A stretch of DNA of 64,000 nucleotides, taken from positions 10,447,337-10,511,336 of the forward strand of contig CM082586.2 of NCBI GenBank assembly GCA_040954595.2, in the 5' to 3' direction. Below, piece by piece: positions 45,661 to 56,399 of the stretch. Within the stretch, counting starts at the first letter, position 1. Each line of letters starts with the position of its first letter. Position numbers and translations under genes: made by a program. The stretch is from Balanoglossus misakiensis (Eukaryota > Animalia > Hemichordata). The notes under the pieces are model-generated. The model saw only the letters and a program-made list of their open reading frames with translations. It had not been told where the DNA came from and did not search any database.

Positions 45661-47039
45661 CTGTACGGAAGAAACAAAGGTGAAATTATAAGACTGTGGT
45701 TTCACGATCAGTGGTTGAATGTACATGATGGTGGAAACTATATCATCAAGGGGAAAACGCCAAACGAAAGGATTAATAGATTGGCATGTAGTTGCCACAA
45801 ATCAGACGTGAGGGTCTCATCAGCGATCAGGTTTGCATTGAAAGTTTCAGAATGAAGAGTCTCTGGTAGTTGATGTTCAAATGAAATTACCAATTGTAAT
45901 GTATCGAAGAATTCACACGGGTCACCAAAAACTTTGAAATGGGCGCAATGAGTGCTGTTAACTGGAGAACAGTAGTACAAGCGTATTGTTGAAAATGAGA
46001 CACGGCGGATGTTTGCGCCAATTGGCAAAACTTGTTCGTGTGTTGCGTCAGTTAACAGTTGCGAATGTGTGTACAGCTTTTTTGGGGGAAAACTGAACGA
46101 CAGATTTTGTAATGTACGGAGAGCAGTGCATGGGCCGAGCTTTGCAGACGTAATTGTCTGGTTATGAATATTCCAAAGAGAGCCAATTGGCGTACCGATA
46201 TTTTGTTGACGTTGAACGAAACGACAGTGGGGTGGTAGGTCAAATGGTGGGGCTTTGAAATGTCCCGCGGTATTTGACCAATGGAGTTGGCTTTCACTGT
46301 AGATTAAGCACCCGTGAATTTTTCGTACACAGTGTGGCATAATGAACCAAAGCAAGGAAATAAAAAATAAAGTATAACTTACTGTGTGAGTGTGGTACTT
46401 GCGGTGAACTAGACTGTGTGGATATAGTCTGTGCGGCTTGTTGTTCTGGATGAAAAAGGTGGGAAAGTGTGGTACGATGACCGATGTGCGCTGGAAAGTT
46501 GAAAGCGACGCGATGTTGTAGTTTCAGGAGTCAGGGAGCGAATGCGGTGAGCTCGCAGAAGTGTATGAGTGGACTTTCCGAAGACGACGCGTGAAAAATT
46601 TAATAATTGACGGACACAATGGATTTGCACCAATAGTAATACACAGAAATTGCCGACAAAGACAGTTTCGCAAAGGAACACGTGTGTATTGTTTACAAAT
46701 ATGACGTAACCGCCAGCGTGCAGATGAAAACAGAACGTGTTTACATGTTCAAAGCCAAGGAAGTCGATTGCTCCAGGGTTCTGAAAAACATTTCCGGTTG
46801 TGCATGACCGACAGGATGTTTGTTCGTAATCTGTCAATGTGATGAGATGTGTACCACATGTTAGCAATAAAATGGTGCCGTTTTGGTGTATAGGGGGAGA
46901 TACCGATTATGTAAATAAACTGGTAATGTGACAGGGCAGTTGTCATTGCAATGATGGACACAGTAATGTTGTTGTCAGGTTGTTTTCATTAAGTGTGACA
47001 GCAGCATGTATAGTTTTGACCAAATGTTTTTCAAGGTGC

Positions 47040-47310
47040 CACTTTTGATATGTGGTATATTGGCAAGTATAAGAACTAATGCAAAATGGTAGTCTGTTGT
47101 TTCTTCATTAAGTTGTTGACATTTCAAAGTACCCATTGCTGTGGGTGGGCAAAGATATGTCACCATTGAAGTCCCCGATAATGAACACTGGTTTATTGAC
47201 ATAGATGAAATCTAGCAGTGGTGTACTGTCCTTTGTGAATGTTGTACGTTGGCATGTTGGTACTGACACTTGGTAATAATGGTTTGTGGTGTAGCAATAA
47301 TTGCACATAT
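47040..47310 (-). pseudogene. Decayed duplicate of the APE endonuclease C-terminus
   Basis: Fragments PLLDFIYVNKPVFIIGDFNGDI and CQQLNEETTDYHFALVLI parallel PLLDLTKPILIMGDFNFDI and CRQLIKEETTDQHSALDLI in the RepHel tail; frameshifted. Confidence 0.75.
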
Positions 47311-47424
47311 TGACTCATACATGTATGTAATATGGGAAATAAGTGTATTTGAAATCTGCTGTTGTCATTTAATTCTTATGTGTTGTCTTTTATGATTATG
47401 TCTATAATCTAACACTGATTAATT

Positions 47425-50400
47425 TCAAGTGAATTGGCTGGGGTGAATGGCTGCATACACGGCCTTGTGATCAGACCATGAGTTTTCTATTGTGTCATAG
47501 GTAGTTGTGAAGAAGTTAAGAAAAATTAAGTCCAGAGCAGAATGCTGATCAGTTGTTTCTTCCTTTATTAGTTGCCGACAGTTACAAATTGATGTCATAA
47601 AGTGGAGGAAAGCAGTACTGGTATTAGGTAGTAGAATGTCAAAATTAAAGTCACCCATTATTAATATTGGTTTTGTCAAATCTAGTAGTGGCAGGAGATA
47701 CTGTTGAAATTGTTGTTTGAATGTGTGGATTGTGCACTGAGGGGATTTATAGATCATAATGATTTGAAGTAGTTTATTTTGAATTAGGATGTTGGCTTTT
47801 ATAAATTCGAACACTTTTGTTGAATGGCACTTGATATGAATCACTTGATATGAATCTTTGACATACAATACAAGACCATGATAGGGTCTTGTGAAATTTA
47901 CAGCAGTGTTGTCAATATGCACATCTTGGTCATTCCTGAATAGTAGATAATTTGGGAGATTGTAGGCTTCATTGGTATCATTAGTTGTTAATCTGGATTC
48001 AGCAATTCCGATAACATCAGCAGCAATTATATTGTGGTCACTGCATAAATCTGCAAAATGTTTATGGAGTGATCTAGCGTTTTGATATACTACTTTGCAG
48101 TGGTCATGAGGGAGGGCATATAATGGTTTGAAGCATAATTGAAGTTGGCTGTCATCACGGAGTCTTTTCATTTCATTGTGAACTGCTTCAGATATTGCGA
48201 TTTTATTTTTATTCAACTCCAGTATCTGAAGTCCACTTATTGTACGCACTCTACTTATTGCGACATAATGTATATGGTCAATTTTTCTTGTACCCATATG
48301 GATTATTACCTTATCAAGTGTATCACCCTGAGATTTGTGAATAGTTTTTGCAGCAGACGGTCTAAGTGGAAATTGAATTCTCATGACAGATACATGTTTG
48401 TAATATTTACTGGTAGGAAACTGGCGTTTAATGTCAAATATTGGAGTCAATTGTTTACCAATTTCTGGTTGATGCAAATGTTTGTATTTATGTCTTCTTA
48501 ATAGACCAACATTTTTATCATCAAATTGAACCCAAATTATACTGGGGCGGTTGTTTGGTGTTCCTGTCATTCTGTGGTCTATTTGTTGCACTACACAACT
48601 GGCACCATTTGTCATACCATCCTCAACATCAACATTGGCAGTGAGATCATATCGCAGTCCAACAGCTATAGGTGCTTGTGATAATAAACCGCATGTTTTG
48701 GATGGATCTTTTGGAATGGTCTTCAAAAGCTGTGCTTTCACTTGTTGTGAGACATCACCAATAACTGTGTCCAGTGCTGGTACAACAAGTTTATGGGATG
48801 TAGCATTTTGGTAAACTTTATCATTATGTGACTCTACCATTGCATTGGTGGTGTATAAATGAGGAATGGACTCGTTGAGTGGTTGATCATGAGATATTAC
48901 ATAGTTTTGCAATTCAGAAATATCTTCATCTGTGTGCCTCCCTTCTCTCAATCTATTCAATAGTTGAGCAAAGTCTTCATCATCTTTCTGTCTCATGATC
49001 TGTGTTAGTTCATGCATGGTGAAATGTTCTTTCCACAGATTAGTTGCTAATGGGCCATACTCTTTTGTTAGGTCTTTGAATATCCAGCCATCCATTACTG
49101 GTTTGAGTTGAAATAAATCACCAACAGTTATCATTGAAACACCACCAAATACTTGATTGTTACCTTTTATTTGTTGAAGTCGGAGATTTATGAAATTTAA
49201 AAGCTCATGGCCTACCATGCTGATTTCATCAATGATTACAACTGATAAATGTTGATATTTACTTCGCAAAGTATTAAGTTTATCGCTATCCAGTGGTTTG
49301 TATTTATAACCTTGACTTGCAGGTACTTTGAAAGCTGCATGAATAGTACTACCATTGATATGATAGGCTGCTTTACCAGTTGGCGCACATAACAATAAAC
49401 GACAGTCGAGTGGTGATTCACCAGCAATTGAACACAGATAGCGATGTAATGCCTGATATATTGCTCGGATTACAACTGACTTTCCTGTACCAGCACCCCC
49501 TGTGATAAATATATGCATTGGATCATGATTTGTCTTGACTGATTTCAAAACATGATGAAATATTTCCCTTTGTTTTACATTGAGAGATCTCACAAGTTTG
49601 TGATATTGTTCATCAGGGATACGTCCTGGGACGTTGCTGGTGTCATCAGTGGTGACAGTCGTATTCATACCAATGTCAACACCTATATCATAAGTGGTAT
49701 GTTCTGGTTGGTCATCAGGTTGAAAGTATATGAAATGATCATTTGGTGTAGTAGTTCCTTCTTCTAGATCATCTCTCTCAGCATGTTGCGTATTTGGAGC
49801 AATCTGATCAAATGCATTTAAATCATCATTATCAAGTTGCTCTGCAGCTGTAGTGGCTTGATCTATCAACTCTGAATTATGTTCATACTTATCTATGGTT
49901 TGTGCAATAATGTGTTTGTTATGATTATAAGATTCTTGAAAGGTGGCACAACTGTTTAGAAGGTCAGAGCTTTCATTTCTCCATGGCATGTACAGCAACA
50001 ATTTTTCACGACAGTAATTTTCATAGTCAACTTTCTTACTATAATTGACATAGCGTATTATACACGGATTTACACGTTCTTGTATTTTCATACCATTTTT
50101 GAGAATGATATTTATTTTACTTGTCATATTGTCAGATTCTGAGTCCACACCTAAATCAGGGTCATCATGATCATCATCATTTATATCTTGTGGATAATTA
50201 TCAGTGCATTTGGTTGAATATGTGACTCTAAGTTTAGATGCATAATCTGCAAGACACCAATTTTCTAATGCTTTTGGCCGTCTAGCATAACGTTTGATTA
50301 GATTGTCACTTTCTATGTCAGTAGATTCTGCTGGTGTATTTTCAAGGGCAGTTTTGCTTTTGAGCAGGAATGTTCTTTGATCAGGTGGTGATGTGTTTAT

Positions 50401-53400
50401 AAATACCACTTGTCTTGTAGCTTTAGTAAGTGACAACTGCAGGATGATGTAAGCAGCCTCTTGTGCACTGATTTCTACATTGTTAAGGAATTTATTTCCA
50501 ATATGTCTGACCTGTGCTTTCAGTTCCATATTGCCTTTTCTGGCTTCTTTGCATGCTTGGTCAAGTAATGCACTCATGCCTCTTTGGGATTTACTGATAT
50601 AGGATACAATGTACATGGCACAGGCGTATGGATCTAAAACAAACTGTAGATCATGATTTGCTCCCCATGCAGACAATAATAATTTCATGTAGGCATTGAC
50701 ACGTAAATCACTTGGTTCTCTTTTGAGAAATATTGTGGTAGTTTTGAGTGAACTCTGAATGCATTTTATGTATTCATCATGACTGATTTGCAGCTCAGTA
50801 GATAGGAAGTCATCATATGATATTGGTTTGCCTTCTTTCATATCATCCAGTTTTTGTTTGATTTCTTCATATTTCTGTTTGTAATGTTGTTCTTCATCTG
50901 GATCAGCATTTAATGGTGAGAGAATCATTGTTTCTGACATAGGAGGCATTGGGTATCCAAAACGACATACAGGTTTGCCTTTTACTCGGCATGTCTTAGA
51001 GTGCTTATGTGTCTGCAGATTCAATACTTCAGCCATTTCACTTGGTACATTGGAAGAACAAGATACATATATGTCAATGAAATCAATCACTTCTGTTGGT
51101 GTGTTTTGTTGATAATTTGGTGCATTCTCAATCCACATTAGCATATGGATGTGTGGTGAGCCACGTTGTTGAAATTCCACTCTGTAGAAGTAATCAGTGA
51201 TTTTGCCCAATGGATCACATGGACCTCTAAGTACTGTATTGATGAATTCATGAATTCTGTGGTCAAAGAAACGAGCACATGTCACTGGGTCAGATTGAAG
51301 TAACCTGGACTTTGTAGCCCAATCCATGGCTTTAAGTTCATCAGCAGTATATTTCTTACCATCTACAAGTGTACCCAGTATTTGATGTAAGTCAATCCAC
51401 TTTGTGTCAGCACTAGACAGAGAACAAAACCATGTTGGTAAACCAAGTTGTCTAATCATTGCAAATACATCTTTCTTCCTCTTTTCTAGATAGGGTGGTG
51501 AATTGCGCAAATCTCTGAATATGTAAAATCCGTCATCAAGTCTAAGTAAATCACTTACTCTTTCTGGATTTAATAAATCTGCAACTTTGTAAGTTCTGCC
51601 TTCAGTTTTACATCGTCTCAATGCAAGGTGGACTTTACTACTGATCTGTTTTAACTGCAGTTTCTTCACTTTGAAAAACATATTTGGTACAGAGTTTGCA
51701 ACGCGTCTATCAACATTACGCAATTCCCATTTACAAACATCACTGTAATGTACATTTGAGGTGTGGATTTGATCAATATTTCTGCGTTGTCCACAGAATA
51801 TAGTTGGAAAGGCTAGATATTCTGCATCTGTATCATTGAACAGACTAAGAGGGCGTTGACCTTCACCAGAGGCAAATGTTAAAATTTGATTACGATAATC
51901 TGAATCATCAAGTAAAGTGTCCATATTAGCAACAGCTCCCTCTGCTGGATCAACCTCACTGAATTTATCAGAATCAGAATCTGATTCAGATTCAGGATCA
52001 TCAGCTTGCTCTTGTTCAGTGTTTGTATTTTCAATAAATACAGCCATATCATTATCTGTGTTTTCAAATTCCTGAGACCACTTGTGATTAATTGGAATAC
52101 CTGAATTTTGGTACAAAACACTGTTTTTCATGAGCCACACAAGTGCTGCCATCACTTTATTTGGTCGAATATTTTCTGTAAATTCACTTCGCGTGTACGA
52201 TAGTTTTCGTTTCAGTTTGACTGGTATAGTAGCTGAATCATCTAGCATTCTTGGCAGAGCATTAACAGTAGGGGTGATATCTGTTGGAATATTGACTACC
52301 GGACCAGATAATGACCTTTGACCTCCACGTGGCAAACTGCACATATGCATGAATGGAATTCTGAGTGCTATCAATCTTTCTTCCAAAGGGTGCAACTGTA
52401 ACTGTGGTGGAATATCAGGGAAATTAACATTATTAGCTATAGACAATCTGGGGATTTTACCAGCAGATATGGATCTGTAGCATGTGTTACACACCCACTC
52501 TATATTGTCAACAGAAGTGTATGCAGTCAAACATTTTGATGCAATGCCTCGTTCAGATAATTTGGCAGCAGGAGTAACAGATTTTCTGAACCAAGTTTGA
52601 TGACATGATGAGCAGACATAGACAGGGCCTTGTGATACAGTTCTATGAAATATATTTATGCATGCCTGCAACGATTCCCCGCATAATTGTCGGGTCTCAA
52701 AACCTCTATGTTTGCTAAAACCATTGTGTGTAACATGTTGTTTTTTGTCAATTTGAAATGTTTGAATTTTTTCACTGCATTTCACAAACTTCTTTTGTAA
52801 GTTTTCTTTTTTTCTGAAGTTTCTATCCTGTCTCTTCATTTTTCTGTAGATCTGTTGCTTTTTGTTTTCGTGCTCTTTGAAGGTTTTACTTTTGCGTGAA
52901 GTCTTGATACGTGCCTGTGACTGTATTTTCTCATTTTGTCGAAATGTGGAATTTTGACGCAGACTTTTAATGTGTTCTTTCAGTTTTGGCTTTTCTTTTT
53001 CTCGGAATGCAGGATTTTGACGCAAAGTTTTAATGTGTGCTTTAAATTTCACCTTTTCTTTCTCTCGGAATGCAGGATTTTGACGCAGAGTTTGCTTGTG
53101 TGAGTTTAATTTCACCTTTTCTTTCTCTCGGAATGCAGGATTTTGACGCAGAGTTTGCTTGTGTGAGTTTAATTTCACCTTTTCTTTCTCTCGGAATGCA
53201 GGATTTTGACGCAGAGTGTTAATGCGTGATTTCAATTTGACCTTCTCTTTCTCTCGGAATACAGGATTTTGACGCAGAGTTTGCTTGTGTGAGTTTAATT
53301 TCACCTTCTCTTTCTCTCGGAATGCAGGATTTTGACGCAGAGTGTTAATGCGTGATTTTAATTTGACCTTCTCTTTCTCTCGGAATACAGGATTTTGACG

Positions 53401-55278
53401 CAGAGTTTGCTTGTGTGAGTTTAATTTCACCTTTTCTGTCTCTCGGAATACAGGATTTTGACGCAGAGTGTAAATGCGTGATTTCAATTTGACCTTCTCT
53501 TTCTCTCGGAATACAGGATTTTGACGCAGAGTTTGCTTGTGTGAGTTTAATTTCACCTTCTCTTTCTCTCGGAATGCAGGATTTTGACGCAGAGTGTTAA
53601 TGCGTGATTTTAATTTGACCTTCTCTTTCTCTCGGAATACAGGATTTTGACGCAGAGTTTGCTTGTGTGAGTTTAATTTCACCTTTTCTGTCTCTCGGAA
53701 TACAGGATTTTGACGCAGAGTGTAAATGCGTGATTTCAATTTGACCTTCTCTTTCTCTCGGAATACAGGATTTTGACGCAGAGTTTGCTTGTGTGAGTTT
53801 AATTTCACCTTCTCTTTCTCTTGGAATGAAGGATTTTGACGCAGGATTTGTATGTGTGATTGCAATTTTTCCTTTTCTCTCTTTCTATATTGTGGGTTTG
53901 CACGTATTGTTCTTTTTTGATATTGTTGAGATAACTTTTCTCTGTCTCTGTATTCTACATTCTGGCGCAATGTCTTTATATGTGCTTGCACTTTTGACTT
54001 TTCTCTCTCTTTGAAGTCAGGATTTTGTCTTTGTGCACATTTCCTCTCCTTGTCTCTCTTTCTTTCATTGGTTTTAAATGAAGGATCCTGTCTTTTCAAC
54101 CGTTTGTATTCTCTGTCATATACCTTTCTTGATTTTCTTCTACATGAACCTGATGGAAGTGCATCAATGGTATTAGAAGTTTGCATACACTGTTTATTAG
54201 CTTGTAATTGTTTTTGTGACTCGAAATAGTTGTCTAACAGGTCTGAATGCCTTTGAGTCCGTTGATACAGTCTCTGAGAAGATGAACTCTCTATATGAAT
54301 GGTTAATTCTTGAAGTTCATAAGGTGTCATGTTATTGAAGTTAAGGTTATGAAATAATGAATACAAATAGTTTGTTAAATCATTTAGAGTCGGAAAACTC
54401 AATACCATACTTGAACCGTCAGAACATTGGAAACCATGTGAGTTTCGACTATGAGAATCAAATACGAAGTATTTGCCATCTGTTGCAGAAAGGGCCATGC
54501 TGTAGCCACCAAGTATTAACATAACTGAGTTACTAGAATTGAACATGTTAATCATAGCATCTCTGAACACCATACATCCTTGTTCATCATAGTCAGACAT
54601 ACAGTCTAACATACCAAAGTACAGTCTTCCTTGTGTAATATTGAACTGCACAGAATTCATGTGAACAGTATTTGGCAATTCATCACACATTAGTATTTCA
54701 GAAAATAATTTATTACTTGCTCTGAGGTCATTTGTGGTTTTAATGTATAAATTATCACCAGCATGTAAAATGTGATCTAAGTCATTAGATGTCAATGTCA
54801 TCTCTCTTTCTTTTGATATGCAAAGGAAAGCAAGGGCATTACAAGTACATTGTCTACCTCGTGAATTTATGCTGAAAATATCATTGCCTTGATGAAAACT
54901 ACCTTTGAGTACACTGTCTATTGTGTAACTTTCCCAGTGTAAAGTGTGACTATTGTGAGAGGAGTATAATTCTTGTTTGTCATGTGCATCATTTGCACTG
55001 TAGTATACACAAGAGGAATTTTGATTTGACACACTGGTCGAAGAATTCTTATTGAAGGTTGTAACTGATTGAGTGGCATTAAAACTTTTGATAATGGTAC
55101 TTGAAGATGTAGACATATTATTGCTGTATGGTTCTATGCTTGACGATATTGATGTATTGTTATTGGCATTGCCGTACGAATCTGACTTCTTGAATGTTCC
55201 TTGTAGCACAGGGTGTTTTACTTTACTGGATCCACCCAAACCAGAATCAGACCCAGCTGATATGATTGGTCCATCAGC
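47425..55278 (-). CDS. Helentron transposase main exon: tegument-like cysteine protease, 21-aa basic repeats, Cys-rich domain, HUH/Y2 Rep, PIF1 (SF1B) helicase, APE-type endonuclease
   Basis: Protease GRQCTCN...FDSH; Rep RVEFQQRGSPHIH (S typical of Helentrons) and YIVSYISK; helicase GGAGTGKS, IDEISMV, GDLFQL, TIHKSQG, YVAISRV; endonuclease NARSL, GDFN, SDHKAV. The ORF opens at a splice acceptor (TTTTTAAACAG, AG at 55280-55279). Confidence 0.95.
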   Translation of the reverse strand, partial: ADGPIISAGSDSGLGGSSKVKHPVLQGTFKKSDSYGNANNNTSISSSIEPYSNNMSTSSSTIIKSFNATQSVTTFNKNSSTSVSNQNSSCVYYSANDAHDKQELYSSHNSHTLHWESYTIDSVLKGSFHQGNDIFSINSRGRQCTCNALAFLCISKEREMTLTSNDLDHILHAGDNLYIKTTNDLRASNKLFSEILMCDELPNTVHMNSVQFNITQGRLYFGMLDCMSDYDEQGCMVFRDAMINMFNSSNSVMLILGGYSMALSATDGKYFVFDSHSRNSHGFQCSDGSSMVLSFPTLNDLTNYLYSLFHNLNFNNMTPYELQELTIHIESSSSQRLYQRTQRHSDLLDNYFESQKQLQANKQCMQTSNTIDALPSGSCRRKSRKVYDREYKRLKRQDPSFKTNERKRDKERKCAQRQNPDFKEREKSKVQAHIKTLRQNVEYRDREKLSQQYQKRTIRANPQYRKREKEKLQSHIQILRQNPSFQEKEKVKLNSHKQTLRQNPVFREKEKVKLKSRIYTLRQNPVFRETEKVKLNSHKQTLRQNPVFREKEKVKLKSRINTLRQNPAFREKEKVKLNSHKQTLRQNPVFREKEKVKLKSRIYTLRQNPVFRETEKVKLNSHKQTLRQNPVFREKEKVKLKSRINTLRQNPAFREKEKVKLNSHKQTLRQNPVFREKEKVKLKSRINTLRQNPAFREKEKVKLNSHKQTLRQNPAFREKEKVKLNSHKQTLRQNPAFREKEKVKFKAHIKTLRQNPAFREKEKPKLKEHIKSLRQNSTFRQNEKIQSQARIKTSRKSKTFKEHENKKQQIYRKMKRQDRNFRKKENLQKKFVKCSEKIQTFQIDKKQHVTHNGFSKHRGFETRQLCGESLQACINIFHRTVSQGPVYVCSSCHQTWFRKSVTPAAKLSERGIASKCLTAYTSVDNIEWVCNTCYRSISAGKIPRLSIANNVNFPDIPPQLQLHPLEERLIALRIPFMHMCSLPRGGQRSLSGPVVNIPTDITPTVNALPRMLDDSATIPVKLKRKLSYTRSEFTENIRPNKVMAALVWLMKNSVLYQNSGIPINHKWSQEFENTDNDMAVFIENTNTEQEQADDPESESDSDSDKFSEVDPAEGAVANMDTLLDDSDYRNQILTFASGEGQRPLSLFNDTDAEYLAFPTIFCGQRRNIDQIHTSNVHYSDVCKWELRNVDRRVANSVPNMFFKVKKLQLKQISSKVHLALRRCKTEGRTYKVADLLNPERVSDLLRLDDGFYIFRDLRNSPPYLEKRKKDVFAMIRQLGLPTWFCSLSSADTKWIDLHQILGTLVDGKKYTADELKAMDWATKSRLLQSDPVTCARFFDHRIHEFINTVLRGPCDPLGKITDYFYRVEFQQRGSPHIHMLMWIENAPNYQQNTPTEVIDFIDIYVSCSSNVPSEMAEVLNLQTHKHSKTCRVKGKPVCRFGYPMPPMSETMILSPLNADPDEEQHYKQKYEEIKQKLDDMKEGKPISYDDFLSTELQISHDEYIKCIQSSLKTTTIFLKREPSDLRVNAYMKLLLSAWGANHDLQFVLDPYACAMYIVSYISKSQRGMSALLDQACKEARKGNMELKAQVRHIGNKFLNNVEISAQEAAYIILQLSLTKATRQVVFINTSPPDQRTFLLKSKTALENTPAESTDIESDNLIKRYARRPKALENWCLADYASKLRVTYSTKCTDNYPQDINDDDHDDPDLGVDSESDNMTSKINIILKNGMKIQERVNPCIIRYVNYSKKVDYENYCREKLLLYMPWRNESSDLLNSCATFQESYNHNKHIIAQTIDKYEHNSELIDQATTAAEQLDNDDLNAFDQIAPNTQHAERDDLEEGTTTPNDHFIYFQPDDQPEHTTYDIGVDIGMNTTVTTDDTSNVPGRIPDEQYHKLVRSLNVKQREIFHHVLKSVKTNHDPMHIFITGGAGTGKSVVIRAIYQALHRYLCSIAGESPLDCRLLLCAPTGKAAYHINGSTIHAAFKVPASQGYKYKPLDSDKLNTLRSKYQHLSVVIIDEISMVGHELLNFINLRLQQIKGNNQVFGGVSMITVGDLFQLKPVMDGWIFKDLTKEYGPLATNLWKEHFTMHELTQIMRQKDDEDFAQLLNRLREGRHTDEDISELQNYVISHDQPLNESIPHLYTTNAMVESHNDKVYQNATSHKLVVPALDTVIGDVSQQVKAQLLKTIPKDPSKTCGLLSQAPIAVGLRYDLTANVDVEDGMTNGASCVVQQIDHRMTGTPNNRPSIIWVQFDDKNVGLLRRHKYKHLHQPEIGKQLTPIFDIKRQFPTSKYYKHVSVMRIQFPLRPSAAKTIHKSQGDTLDKVIIHMGTRKIDHIHYVAISRVRTISGLQILELNKNKIAISEAVHNEMKRLRDDSQLQLCFKPLYALPHDHCKVVYQNARSLHKHFADLCSDHNIIAADVIGIAESRLTTNDTNEAYNLPNYLLFRNDQDVHIDNTAVNFTRPYHGLVLYVKDSYQVIHIKCHSTKVFEFIKANILIQNKLLQIIMIYKSPQCTIHTFKQQFQQYLLPLLDLTKPILIMGDFNFDILLPNTSTAFLHFMTSICNCRQLIKEETTDQHSALDLIFLNFFTTTYDTIENSWSDHKAVYAAIHPSQFT
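52790..54110 (-). repeat. In-frame 63-bp (21-aa) coding tandem repeat; ~14 near-perfect units at ~52940-53850 plus degenerate flanks
   Basis: TLRQNP(V/A)FRE(K/T)EKVKL(NSHKQ/KSRIY/KSRIN). GGATTTTGACGCAG recurs every 63 bp (e.g. 53075, 53138). Confidence 0.95.
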
Positions 55279-56354
55279 CTGTTTAAAAATAAACAAGATA
55301 AGCGACAATTAGAAAATACAGTTACCTTTAATTTCCATCACATGTCCTTATTTGACCCCTGATGAGTACTATGACAATGAGAGCCAATGACAGGTCAATT
55401 TTGCGTCATATTCAAATTGGTTTTGTGTATATCATGTACATATAAGTACTATCACTAGTATTTACATTGCAAATGTGTTCAATTAAGCTTTTGTATAAAT
55501 TTGTTGTAATTTCAATACATTTTGCAAAATTTAGCTACTTGCATAATATTTGTATATCACATGTGGACAAAGACATTGCACAAATTAGTAACATGGCTAT
55601 TGTCACGCCACCTCATCAAAAACTACTAGCGGCACAGGGTTGGCCTGCCATAACATTGTCTTACACTCATGTTTCACAATCATTCGAAAGCTCATTGCAA
55701 CATTGAAATTATATCACCTACAAACCTCACCTTTCTACAAAGTTCCATATCAAATAAAACTTTCCCACATAAATCTTTTCCAGTTGAACCTTTTGAAACC
55801 ACACACTTCACCTGACAAATTTAGTCTGGAAAGTTGAACGTACCCTCTATCTACTCTGAAACTACCAAGTTTAAAACAAACTTCAAAACTGGAAAAGGTT
55901 TGTGCCTATGACTTTTCCCATATAATTACATTGAGAATACCTAGAAAACTCACTTCTACTATTTCTATGAAATATTACACATAGCTCAATCAAATAGAAA
56001 TAAATGCATCCATCAAATATCGTTTGGTCACTGTATTTTTTTTAGATAAACTTTACAAGTGTTTCGCCCATAGATACACCCTCACTGAATATGCTGACTC
56101 AGCAATTTTCCTCAATTATCAACAAAATTCATGGCCTTGTATTTCAAAAGCAAACGCAGTGACATGAGAAGCCAATAATCCAAAATTGAAGACATAACGT
56201 TACTTTCGATTTTACTGATCATTACGGACTAGCTGCTAAAAGCCTACCCTGCGACCAAACAGTGACGTTGACCAACTTTCCCCTGCTCAAATGAAGAACT
56301 CCTTTTCCTGTTTACAAGTATGTACAATTTTATAGTATGCAAATACACACATAC

Positions 56355-56399
56355 CGATTTTTTCACAGCTGATTTTCTCCAATTCTTTTTCCTTGGCAT
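56355..56399 (-). CDS. Probable first coding exon of the Helentron transposase (MPRKKNWRKSAVKKS)
   Basis: ATG, a basic NLS-like peptide and a TCG|GTATGT donor in phase 0 that matches the phase-0 acceptor at 55278. Confidence 0.55.

Noticed and set aside
45738-46961. Minus-strand ORFs of 70-205 aa upstream of the OB-fold gene
   Set aside because: No recognisable motifs and mostly non-ATG starts; more likely promoter, 5' UTR and intron (donor-like GTAAGT at ~46382).
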